From contig JAHZGC010000002.1 of NCBI GenBank assembly GCA_019421015.1, positions 1,619 to 65,618 of the forward strand: 64,000 bases of DNA. Direction: 5' to 3'. A program made the translations under genes and the position numbers. Below, piece by piece: positions 1-7,877 of this stretch (position 1 is its first letter; each line of letters starts with the position of its first letter). Origin of the DNA: Coriobacteriaceae bacterium (GTDB taxonomy: Bacteria; Actinomycetota; Coriobacteriia; Coriobacteriales; UMGS124). The notes under the pieces are model-generated. The model saw only the letters and a list, made by a program, of their open reading frames with translations. It was not told where the DNA came from and made no database searches.

Positions 1-420
1 GCCGACGACCTGGCCACGCTGGCCGGCTACCTGGGCCTGACGGGCGACGCCGCCGAGAACTTCGTGGCGTCGGTCGAGCGCTACTCGCAGTTCGCCGAGG
101 CCGGCCGCGACGAGGACTACGCCAAGCCCGCCGACATGATGTGGCCCATCAACGAGGGGCCCTTCTACGCCGAGAAGAACACCCGCAACGCGAACATCGT
201 GCTCGTGACGCTGGCGGGCCTCTACATCGACGGCAACGGGGCGGTGCTCGACCAGTCCTTTGAGCCCATTCCCGGCCTCTACGCCACCGGCAACGCGAGC
301 GGCGGCCGCTTCCCGCTGCAGTACACGGCGCCCATGAACGGCATCTCGATCGGATTTGCCACGGTGTTCGGCGCGCTTTTGGGCGAGTATCTGGGCACCC
401 AGGCGCCTGTGGTGGCGTAG
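1..420 (+). CDS. FAD-dependent oxidoreductase (fumarate-reductase/urocanate-reductase-like flavoprotein), C-terminal part; 5' end outside window
   Basis: Frame 1 is open from base 1 to TAG 418-420. The tail ...PGLYATGNASGGRFPLQYTAPMNGISIGFATVFG matches the C-terminal FAD-contact segment of the full-length paralogs at 15693-17612 and 21756-23681. Confidence 0.8.
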   Translation, partial: ADDLATLAGYLGLTGDAAENFVASVERYSQFAEAGRDEDYAKPADMMWPINEGPFYAEKNTRNANIVLVTLAGLYIDGNGAVLDQSFEPIPGLYATGNASGGRFPLQYTAPMNGISIGFATVFGALLGEYLGTQAPVVA

Positions 421-480
421 GGGAGAAGGCGCAGCTCGGCCAGAAGGGTTGGCTGACGAATAGAGAAGACGGATTGCTAG

Positions 481-520
481 GGGTTTCTCGGCTGGACCAC
501 GGTCGGGAAACCCTTTTGTG
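481..520 (+). terminator. Intrinsic terminator candidate
   Basis: GGGTTTC ... GAAACCC stem followed by TTTT, about 60 nt after the stop codon at 420. Confidence 0.5.
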
Positions 521-634
521 TGTATCCGCTTGCATACCGTATGCTGCTTACAATATAACGAAGAGGAGACCTCGAATAGGTCGATGGATACTTGTGTGCG
601 ATAAGGGGCCCACGAGCGAAAGGACCGCATTGCC

Positions 635-910
635 ATGAGTCAATTCAATTATACGAGATGGTCCCCAATGCTTCGCGTGTTTGAAGGCTGTGTAGCCAAT
701 GCCATATTCTCAAACAGGGAGTACGCCCAGCAATTGTACGAAGGTCTCCAGCCCGGAGGCGTTCGGACGGACGTCAGCGAGTCTGAAATTGCTTCGTATC
801 TTGAGGAACATAAATGGAGTGCCTTGCAATACATTATGGATCGCTATGACGAAGAGGGGGCCGTGCGCGTCCACTTTGAATCGGAGATACGCAAGGCGGT
901 AGAGCGGTAA
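635..910 (+). CDS. Hypothetical protein (91 aa)
   Basis: ORF-track ORF with lower GC than its neighbours and a weak GAAAGGA SD about 12 nt upstream. No recognisable domain. Confidence 0.45.
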   Translation: MSQFNYTRWSPMLRVFEGCVANAIFSNREYAQQLYEGLQPGGVRTDVSESEIASYLEEHKWSALQYIMDRYDEEGAVRVHFESEIRKAVER

Positions 911-964
911 TCGGACGACTCGGTGCTGACGCGGGGAACCGTGGTTTGCGGAGACGGCCAAATC

Positions 965-1180
965 GGCAGATAGCACCGCATAATCAGGCTTCTGGATAGG
1001 GCCGCAAGGCCCTCGATGTTCCGAGGTGCTTGCAAGTGGGGATGATCTTGCGGGTAACGACCCTTCTGAACTGCGGGTTTTCTGGACCCAGGGTCGCACG
1101 GGGGAGCGGGCAGACCGGCAAAGTGCGATGGAGCCCCTCCCGCGCCTATCCAGAACCCTCATTCTGCGGAAGTATCTCGC
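965..1180. repeat. ~215-bp TIR element, copy 1 (MITE/REPIN-like)
   Basis: GGCAGATAGCACCGCATAATCAGGCTTCTGGATAGG (965-1000) is inverted at 1145-1180 (CCTATCCAGAACCCTCATTCTGCGGAAGTATCTCGC). The same ends occur at five other loci in the window. Confidence 0.8.
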
Positions 1181-1275
1181 TTCGGCGCTCTTTGCGGCAA
1201 AAGGCATGGAGGCTCCAGCTGCAAAGCAGCTGTGCCAGCGGTCGCCGCTCGCCCCGCTCGTCCCTCCCCCTCTCC

Positions 1276-2730
1276 CTACCCCCATGCCCGCACGAGCGCC
1301 TGCACGCCGGGGGCCACCTCGTCAGGGTCGATGGCCGAGAAGCCCACGATGACCTGCGGGGGATACGGCCGCCCCGAGCAGCGGTAGATGCTCGAACGGT
1401 ACACCTGGGCCCCCTGGGCGCGGGCACTGCTTACCAGCTCGTCTTCGCTCATGCCGTTGGGCAGCCCAACGCAGAAATGCAGCCCGGCGTTGGTCCCCTG
1501 GAGCGCGATGCGGTCGCCGAAGCCCTGGCGCAGGCAGCTCAGCAGACGGTCGTGGCGTTGCCTGCCGGCTGCCACCATCTTGCGCACCTGTTGGTCCATG
1601 GCACCGGTGGCGATGAAGCGGGCTAACACCTCCTGGGTTATGAGCGACACGGCGGTGCTGGCCGACCAGAACCGGTCGAAGTAGCGCTCGAGCAACCGCT
1701 CGGGCACCACGGCGTAGGCCACGCGCAGGCCGGGGCACAGCGTTTTGGAGAAGTTCCCTAGGTAGCACACGCGGCCCTGGGCGTCGAGGGAGCTGAGCGA
1801 GGGCACCGGGTCGGTGTCGTAGCGGTACTCGTTGCACGAGTCGTCCTCGATGAGAAAGACGTCGTTGGCGTTGGCCCAGCTCAGGAGCTCGGCGCGCGTG
1901 CTCAGGGGCATGACGGCCCCGGTGGGGAACTGGTGCGAGGGCGTCACAAAGGCGACGCCGGAGCCTGCGGTGCGCAGCGCGTCCAGAAAGGCGGCGTCCC
2001 CGCGGTCCACCGGCAGTGGGTCCACGGAGAAGCCCAGGCGCCGGGCGACCTCGACGCAGCCGGTGTAGCCGGGCTCCTCGCAGCCCACGCGGTGGCGCCC
2101 TGGGTCAAAGAGCCCCAGCAGCGTGGTCAGGGCGACGTCGGTCGACGGCAGGACGACCACCTGCTCGGGGGCGCACACCACGCCGCGGGTGCGCCGCAGG
2201 TAGCGGGCGAGCTCGCGCTGCAGGGCGCTCGGCCGGTGCTCGAGGGGGTAGTTGCCCAGCAGGTCGTCGTCGGCGTAGTGCAGCACCTCCTGCTCCAGGC
2301 GCAGCCAGGTCTTGACCGGGAAGCTGCCCGGGGCGAGCCGGGCGAAGGCAAAGTCGTAGGGCACGTCGGGGCCGTGCTCGAACTCCTCAAAGAACGCCAC
2401 CCGCCGGGCCGGTAGCTTCACGTGGGGCGCCTCGCGCGGGGCGGCCGCCGACTGCAGGAACGCCGTCTGGAGCCGGCGCACCCGATGGCCCGAACGTGCG
2501 ACGGCGTCCACATAGCCCTCGACCGCAAGCTGCGAGTAGGCGCGCTCCACGGTGCAGCGGGCCACTTCGAGTCCCGATGCCACGCTGCGGGTGGTGGGGA
2601 GAAGGTCGCCCTCCCGCAGGGCTCCGGCCACTATGGCGTCGCGCAGGCGCTGGTAGATCTGCTGGTAGAGAGGTTCGGGGGCCGTGCGGTCGAGCACAAT
2701 GTCGACCTGGGCGCTGCGCGACGTTCGCAT
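1276..2730 (-). CDS. MocR/PdxR-type regulator (GntR HTH fused to class I/II aminotransferase-like domain)
   Basis: N-terminal GntR winged-helix pattern (PLYQQIYQRLRDAIVAGALREGDLLPTTRSVASGLEVARCTVERAY). C-terminal aminotransferase fold with the FSKTLCPGLRVAY lysine motif. GGGAGG SD before ATG 2730. Confidence 0.85.
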   Translation of the reverse strand: MRTSRSAQVDIVLDRTAPEPLYQQIYQRLRDAIVAGALREGDLLPTTRSVASGLEVARCTVERAYSQLAVEGYVDAVARSGHRVRRLQTAFLQSAAAPREAPHVKLPARRVAFFEEFEHGPDVPYDFAFARLAPGSFPVKTWLRLEQEVLHYADDDLLGNYPLEHRPSALQRELARYLRRTRGVVCAPEQVVVLPSTDVALTTLLGLFDPGRHRVGCEEPGYTGCVEVARRLGFSVDPLPVDRGDAAFLDALRTAGSGVAFVTPSHQFPTGAVMPLSTRAELLSWANANDVFLIEDDSCNEYRYDTDPVPSLSSLDAQGRVCYLGNFSKTLCPGLRVAYAVVPERLLERYFDRFWSASTAVSLITQEVLARFIATGAMDQQVRKMVAAGRQRHDRLLSCLRQGFGDRIALQGTNAGLHFCVGLPNGMSEDELVSSARAQGAQVYRSSIYRCSGRPYPPQVIVGFSAIDPDEVAPGVQALVRAWG

Positions 2731-2897
2731 GGGTGCCTCCCGGAGTTGCGGCGCGGGGGATTTGGGGCCAGGTGCTCCGACCTGTCGGTCGGGGCCATTC
2801 TGGTTTGGTCAAATATACGCTTTCTGGGCCTTCTCACCGGCCATCGCGGGTCGTAGATTGGGCCAAGAGGCCGTTTGCGGCCAAGGATTGCAGGTAA

Positions 2898-3520
2898 GAT
2901 GCGGGGTCGATCGCCGGTTGCTTTACCGGCTACGACGTGCACGGGCCTGCGGGCGCGGGCATGAGCTGCATGGACTGCCACAACATCAACGAGATTCACG
3001 GTGACGGTGTGGAGCGTTCCACCATGGCCCACAGCGGTGCCATCACCACCGAGTGCGAGGACTGCCACGCGGTCGAGTCCCTTGAAGGGCCTGGCACAAC
3101 GAGGGGCACCTCGAGGCCAACGAGTGCTGGGCCTGCCACTCGGGCACCTATCGAACCTGCGAGTCGTGCCACGGCTGGATGGCCGAGGGCCGCGGCGACG
3201 TGCCCTTTGAGTCCCGCGACGTGCTGTGCCTGGGCTACGACCTGGGCAACGGTAAGATCACCACGCTCGTGAAGGCGCCCGTGGACGGCGGCATGCTCGG
3301 CGACTCCACCACCGCCCTCACGATTCCCGACGAGCTGCTGAACAACGGCAGCACCTGGTACGCCGGCTTTACCCACGGCGTGATCCTGCCCGAGGCGAAC
3401 GAGGAGTTCTGCTCGCGCTGCCACGGCGAGGGGACGAACCTGCTCACCGAGGCCGACCTGCAGTACCCCGACTACGAGCGGGAGCAGGTCGTGGCCCCGC
3501 TGCCCGAGGTGCAGCCGTAG
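2898..3520 (+). pseudogene. Multihaem cytochrome c remnant (5'-truncated and frameshifted)
   Basis: Five CxxCH motifs (CMDCH, CEDCH, CWACH, CESCH, CSRCH) are split over two frames that switch near 3083-3100. The first frame only opens at 2898, with no start codon, SD or signal peptide. Confidence 0.7.
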
Positions 3521-3639
3521 GGCTGGAGTGCAAGGATTGGCGTGCAATCGCATACGGTAGGCAACGGGCCCCGGGCCCGCTGGGTGGAGAAGCCCGGCGG
3601 CCCCGGGGCCTTGTGGGTTTGGGGTGGCCGAGAAACCCT

Positions 3640-4386
3640 CTACACGGGCATCCGTAGCAGCGCCTGCGCCATGGCGTAGGGAGATGGGTCCTTGACGAGC
3701 TCGTAGGTGTAGGAGGTCACGGTGCCGTCGGGGGCGGTGACGGTCGCTATGCAGCCGTTCTCGTCGTAGGTGAACGTGAACGCCTGCGGCTTGTCGCCGT
3801 CCGTGGAGACGTACATCTTGGTGACGGCCCCGTTCTCGTTGATTTCGTACACGTAGGACACCTCGTGCACGGTGCCGTCGCTGTCGGTGACCGTCTCCTC
3901 CAGCGGCCAGCCGTCGCGGTCGTAGCGCTTGGTCTGGGAGCGGCCGTCGGCCCGGGTGACCTCGACCGTCTCGATGCGGCCGCGCACGTCGTAGTAGGTG
4001 TAGGTTATCTGGCCGCCGTCGAGGTCGGTGGTGATCGAGATGCTGGTAGGTTGCCCGCGGTCGTCGAGCTCGACGGCGGTGTCGATGGAGGCGTCGTCCA
4101 AGGTGGGGCAGCCGTTCGCGACGCCGTAGGAATCGTAGGTGTACTCGATGGTGCTGCCGGCCTCGCCCTGCCGCTCGGCGACCGTCACGGCGTTGCCATG
4201 CTCGTCGAGGGTGTAGGTCTTCACGAGGTCGGGCCTCCCGTCGGCGTAGCGGACGGTCTCGGAGGTCGGGATATAGACGTCGACGTCGGTGGCCTCGCAG
4301 CCCGTGAGGGCAAGGGCAAGCCCGATCGAGGCCAGGGCCGCCCCGATCAGGGCGAGCGGTTTGCGGATGCGCGCGCGTGTGGCCAT
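3640..4386 (-). CDS. Lipoprotein with YD-repeat-like beta-hairpin repeats
   Basis: Signal peptide ending in lipobox LALTGC. AAGGAG SD 9 nt upstream. Recurrent YTYD/YVYE..G..T motifs. Confidence 0.7.
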   Translation of the reverse strand: MATRARIRKPLALIGAALASIGLALALTGCEATDVDVYIPTSETVRYADGRPDLVKTYTLDEHGNAVTVAERQGEAGSTIEYTYDSYGVANGCPTLDDASIDTAVELDDRGQPTSISITTDLDGGQITYTYYDVRGRIETVEVTRADGRSQTKRYDRDGWPLEETVTDSDGTVHEVSYVYEINENGAVTKMYVSTDGDKPQAFTFTYDENGCIATVTAPDGTVTSYTYELVKDPSPYAMAQALLRMPV

Positions 4387-4571
4387 GCTGTGTTGGCTCC
4401 TTGTGCGAGTGGGGATGGTGGGAGCGGCGTTGGGCGATTATAGCAAGCAACTGTGGTGGCGGGACTTGTGCCCGGCGCGTGTTCTGAGGAGCGCGTCTCG
4501 GCAGGCTTGCGGTGCGACGGCGTCGTATGGGTGTGCCGATGGACGGAACTGCGACTTTCTCGACCGATTGG

Positions 4572-4787
4572 GGGTGCGTGGTGCTGCTGAATCGCCGCGC
4601 CAGCCCAGGCACCCAGCTTAAGGCCGTCGCCGGTGTTGGTGGGGTTGCCCTCCACGTCGAAGTTCATCCACAGCGACGCGATGTTGTTGGCGATGACCTC
4701 GGGGCAGTAGTGGGCCACAATTTCCTGGTTGCTGCCGTGGTCGCCGGTGGCCAGGATGACGCCCTTAGAGGCGGTGGCCTTCACCAT
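4572..4787 (-). pseudogene. Internal fragment of a flavoprotein reductase
   Basis: KGVILATGDHGSNQEIVAHYCPEV...NTGDGLKLGAWAGAAIQ resembles the middle of the intact reductases. A TGA lies directly upstream of the first codon, and downstream the frame runs into unrelated sequence overlapping gene 3640-4386. Confidence 0.55.
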
Positions 4788-5346
4788 TCAAGGCACGTTG
4801 TCGCTATCATTTGGGAATGGTATGGCTCACACGGTGCGAGAACCCGGCATTTGACGCGTTCGTCGAAGACATGCGGGCGGCGTTTTGCCGGATTCATGGC
4901 GCTGACGGTCTGTAGCCTGGCAGGATTCCGATGGAATCGGCGGGGTTGGAGGCCGGCGTTTGCCCAAAAGGGCCCTTCGGTGGCCGCATGCGAGGGTCGT
5001 GCGGGATCGTAACAAAGCCGTTGGCGTAAACAGTCAGGTGCAGGATGGTATCAAATTACTAAATTAGCAGGTAGGACGTTTGTGATCCTTGCCCAACTTC
5101 TCAGGCATCGTTGAATTGGCGCTCGGTCATCCCGCACGACCCACCGATGCGGCCACTTGGGAAGCATAAACCGAGAATCGAGGGCATATAACTTTTTATA
5201 TTGATTATCATTTCCCTTCGGCCCCCCGTTCTCACAGCCCATCCCTACCTCGGCCCCCGGCTTTCGACCCCCTGACCTCCATACTTAGGGGGCCGACCCG
5301 CATCCGCAGGCCGGCCCCAGCAGCGAGCCCTTTCTCCCTCTCGCCC

Positions 5347-7059
5347 TTACCCGCGGGCCTGCTCGATGCAGTCGGCCACGGCGCGCAGCAGCGCGATCGA
5401 GGTGTGGGTGGCGCCGCCCACGATGTCGACGTCGGTGCCGTTGGCGGCCGCAATCTCGGCGGGCAGCTGGTCAAAGGCACGGGTGCCGAAGACCGGCGTC
5501 TCGCGGTTCTCGCCCACCTCGACGGCCGCGATGACGCCGCCCTCGATGGTCACGGTCACGTTCATGGGGCCGCCCAGACCGTTGCGCACGGCCTCGTAGG
5601 TGCCGTCGGCGCAGCCCTCGGCCGACACCACGGGCTTCTGGTCCACGAGCCAGTTGTACTTGGCGTGCGTGGCCTCGTCGGCGGCAAGGCTCGCCTCCAC
5701 GGCGTATTCGGGCAGCTCGGTGCCCTCAAAGTCCACGATGCGGTTGGTGGCCATGCGGTCCACCGAGCTCCACACGATCTGGTCGAGCAGGTACGGCTTG
5801 GGGGGAATCTCGTCTTCGGGCTTGAGCTTGAGGATGCGCGCGTCGGCCGGGCACACCAGGGCGCACTGGCCGCAGCCCACGCACCACTTGTCCATGATGC
5901 ACAGGCCGTCCTCGTCCTGGCGCACGGCCATGAGCGGGCAGCGCTCCACGCAGGCCCCGCAGCGCAGGCACTTCTCGGCGTCGTAGTCCAACACGTAGGC
6001 CGAGGCGTTGGGGAACGTGCCGGTCTCGCCCTGCAGCGAACGGTAGGTGCCGAGCAGCGCGCAGTTGTCGCTGCGGCAGAAGCACATGATGTCGGGGTAG
6101 TCGGCGTAGGCGCCCTCGGGTACGTAGCCCAGGTCCACGAGCTTCTCGGCCTCGGCCAGGGCCTCTTCCTTGGTGATGGCGGGCACACCGGTCTCGATAA
6201 AGAACTCCGCCAGCTCGCCAAAGACCATGCAGTGGCAGATGCCCTCCTCGTGCTCCTCCTCGTGGCCGCGCAGGATGGCCTTGTTGCGGCAGCCGCAGGG
6301 CTGGGCGGTAAAGACCGTGTTGCGCTCAAAGATGGCGCGCCAGTCGCGGTAGGGGGCCAGCTTGCCGCCCTCGACCACGTCGGCGCTCACGGGAAACACG
6401 TCGTAGATGGGGTACTGGGCGCCGTTGCCGGCGTCCACGCCCAAGAGGCGGTCGTTCTTCTCGATGAAGTCCTTGTCGATACGGTAGTACAGGTTGGGAA
6501 TGAGCGCGCCCGGCCACGAGTACACGTAGAACCAGTCGACGCCGGCGCGGGTGATGCGGTTGATGAGGCGGCGGTTGGCCAGGTCGTTCAGGATGTCGAG
6601 GGCCTCGGCCTCGCTGCGGTCGGTGAGGCAGGCGTAGTCGTAGGCCGAGAAGCGCTCGAGCAGCGGCAGCTCGTTCCAGTGCTCGGCGTCCTCGAGGCTC
6701 CAGAGCTCCAGGATCATGTCGAAGCTGTAGGCGCCCGGCGTGTTGTTGAGGCCGTTGCTCAGGCGGTTGAGGCGGTTCCACAGGGTCACGTAGGTCTTGT
6801 CGATCACGCGGCCGTCGGGCAGCGTGAGGTCCTCGGTGGCCACCGGCGCGTCCTGGACCATCTTGATCAGCACGTCGCGGTTCTGGTCGAGCAGCTCGTT
6901 GTTAGAAAAGCCGGTGGTGCGCGCCGGCGCGGTGGAGCCGCCGTCGACGTCCTCGGCGAGCGCGACGCCGACTGCGGGGACGGCTGCGGCAGCTGCGGCC
7001 GCGGCTCCCATGGCCCCGATAAAGCCTCTGCGCGAAACGTTCTGGGTGGAGTCGTGCAT
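5347..7059 (-). CDS. Tat-exported 4Fe-4S dicluster protein with C-terminal FMN_bind domain (paralog 1)
   Basis: Start moved to ATG 7059 (GGAAGG SD; the ORF track starts at 7092). Twin-arginine signal SRRGFIG. CxC cysteine clusters and two CxxCxxCxxxCP motifs. C-terminal FMN_bind-like domain with VDIVGGATHTS. Confidence 0.8.
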   Translation of the reverse strand: MHDSTQNVSRRGFIGAMGAAAAAAAAVPAVGVALAEDVDGGSTAPARTTGFSNNELLDQNRDVLIKMVQDAPVATEDLTLPDGRVIDKTYVTLWNRLNRLSNGLNNTPGAYSFDMILELWSLEDAEHWNELPLLERFSAYDYACLTDRSEAEALDILNDLANRRLINRITRAGVDWFYVYSWPGALIPNLYYRIDKDFIEKNDRLLGVDAGNGAQYPIYDVFPVSADVVEGGKLAPYRDWRAIFERNTVFTAQPCGCRNKAILRGHEEEHEEGICHCMVFGELAEFFIETGVPAITKEEALAEAEKLVDLGYVPEGAYADYPDIMCFCRSDNCALLGTYRSLQGETGTFPNASAYVLDYDAEKCLRCGACVERCPLMAVRQDEDGLCIMDKWCVGCGQCALVCPADARILKLKPEDEIPPKPYLLDQIVWSSVDRMATNRIVDFEGTELPEYAVEASLAADEATHAKYNWLVDQKPVVSAEGCADGTYEAVRNGLGGPMNVTVTIEGGVIAAVEVGENRETPVFGTRAFDQLPAEIAAANGTDVDIVGGATHTSIALLRAVADCIEQARG

Positions 7060-7514
7060 GATGGTTTCCCTTCCTCTTCCCGTTCCCCCCACGGGTGGTT
7101 CCCGTGGGAGTTCTCCCTATGGGCCGGCGTTGGCGCTTGGGCGCTTTGGTGTTTTGGCGCTTGGACGCGGCCGGCTGCACGGGGCCCTATGTTGGGCGCG
7201 GAGGGGCGGGCCGTCATGACTACAAAATCGCGCATTTGGCGGAGAAGACCCCCAAAAACCGGGGGCGAAGAACGGGGGAGGAGGGCGCGAAAAACGGAGG
7301 AATACCTGGTGGGGAGGGGTAAATGTGATGGCATACCCCGTGGCATGTAAAGGGTGCACTTTTTGCGAGGTGCTCGTGGGAGGGAGATGGAACGGTGGTG
7401 TTGGGATGGTGGTGGCTGGAGGCATGGGGTGAGAACGGGGCCGAGCACCGAGGAGGGGCGGACGCTGGGGGCTGAAAATCATTCTTCTATATGACCTGCG
7501 CTTGATCGCAAAAC

Positions 7515-7747
7515 ACACCCGCAAAACAGGGGTTCGTGTACCGTATGGTGTTTGATGTATACATGGCCATATGACATTATGAATATGATATTTAAGAAAA
7601 CCCCCGGTAGATGCGATATCCTAAAATCGCCCGGCTCTGGCGGAGCCTGCTTTTGTCGATCGGACACGCGCCGTGGGGCGCAGATGAAGCCCAAAATGGG
7701 CGCGTTGTCTCGAAGCCGCGGTACACGAACCCCGGTTTTGCGGGTGT
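7515..7747. repeat. 29-bp inverted-repeat pair enclosing 175 bp, upstream of gene 5347-7059
   Basis: ACACCCGCAAAACAGGGGTTCGTGTACCG at 7515-7543 and its reverse complement (28/29) at 7719-7747. An AT-rich tract follows at 7750-7800. A second pair lies at 43033-43254. Confidence 0.8.
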
Positions 7748-7877
7748 AGTTTCCTAAAAAAGAGTTAATTTTTAATAAGTTGATATATGGTCCACGGCTA
7801 ACGACTACTGTGAGAACGTTGGTCTACCCAATGGGTTGGAAGTTTCCCCTGGAAACCGGGAGCCTTCCCCCAATTAT

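Noticed and set aside
5051-5242. 63-aa ORF in the lower-GC junk region 4790-5340, possibly a transposase remnant.
   Set aside because: I could not recognise any transposase motif (DDE, HTH). The evidence is insufficient without a database search.
5404-7350. Very long ORFs antisense to or overlapping the annotated genes. Examples: 5404-7350(+), 2996-4612(-), 10913-12019(+), 15645-17711(+), 21654-23915(-), 24991-26328(+), 27612-29117(-), 33518-36298(+), 39919-41331(-), 44834-46201(-), 51328-53643(+), 53692-55314(-) and 57180-59906(-).
   Set aside because: These are typical shadow ORFs of GC-rich DNA. Their translations are Arg/Gly/Ala/Pro/His-rich low-complexity strings with no motifs. In each case the opposite or alternative frame has clear domain signatures, SD sequences and signal peptides.
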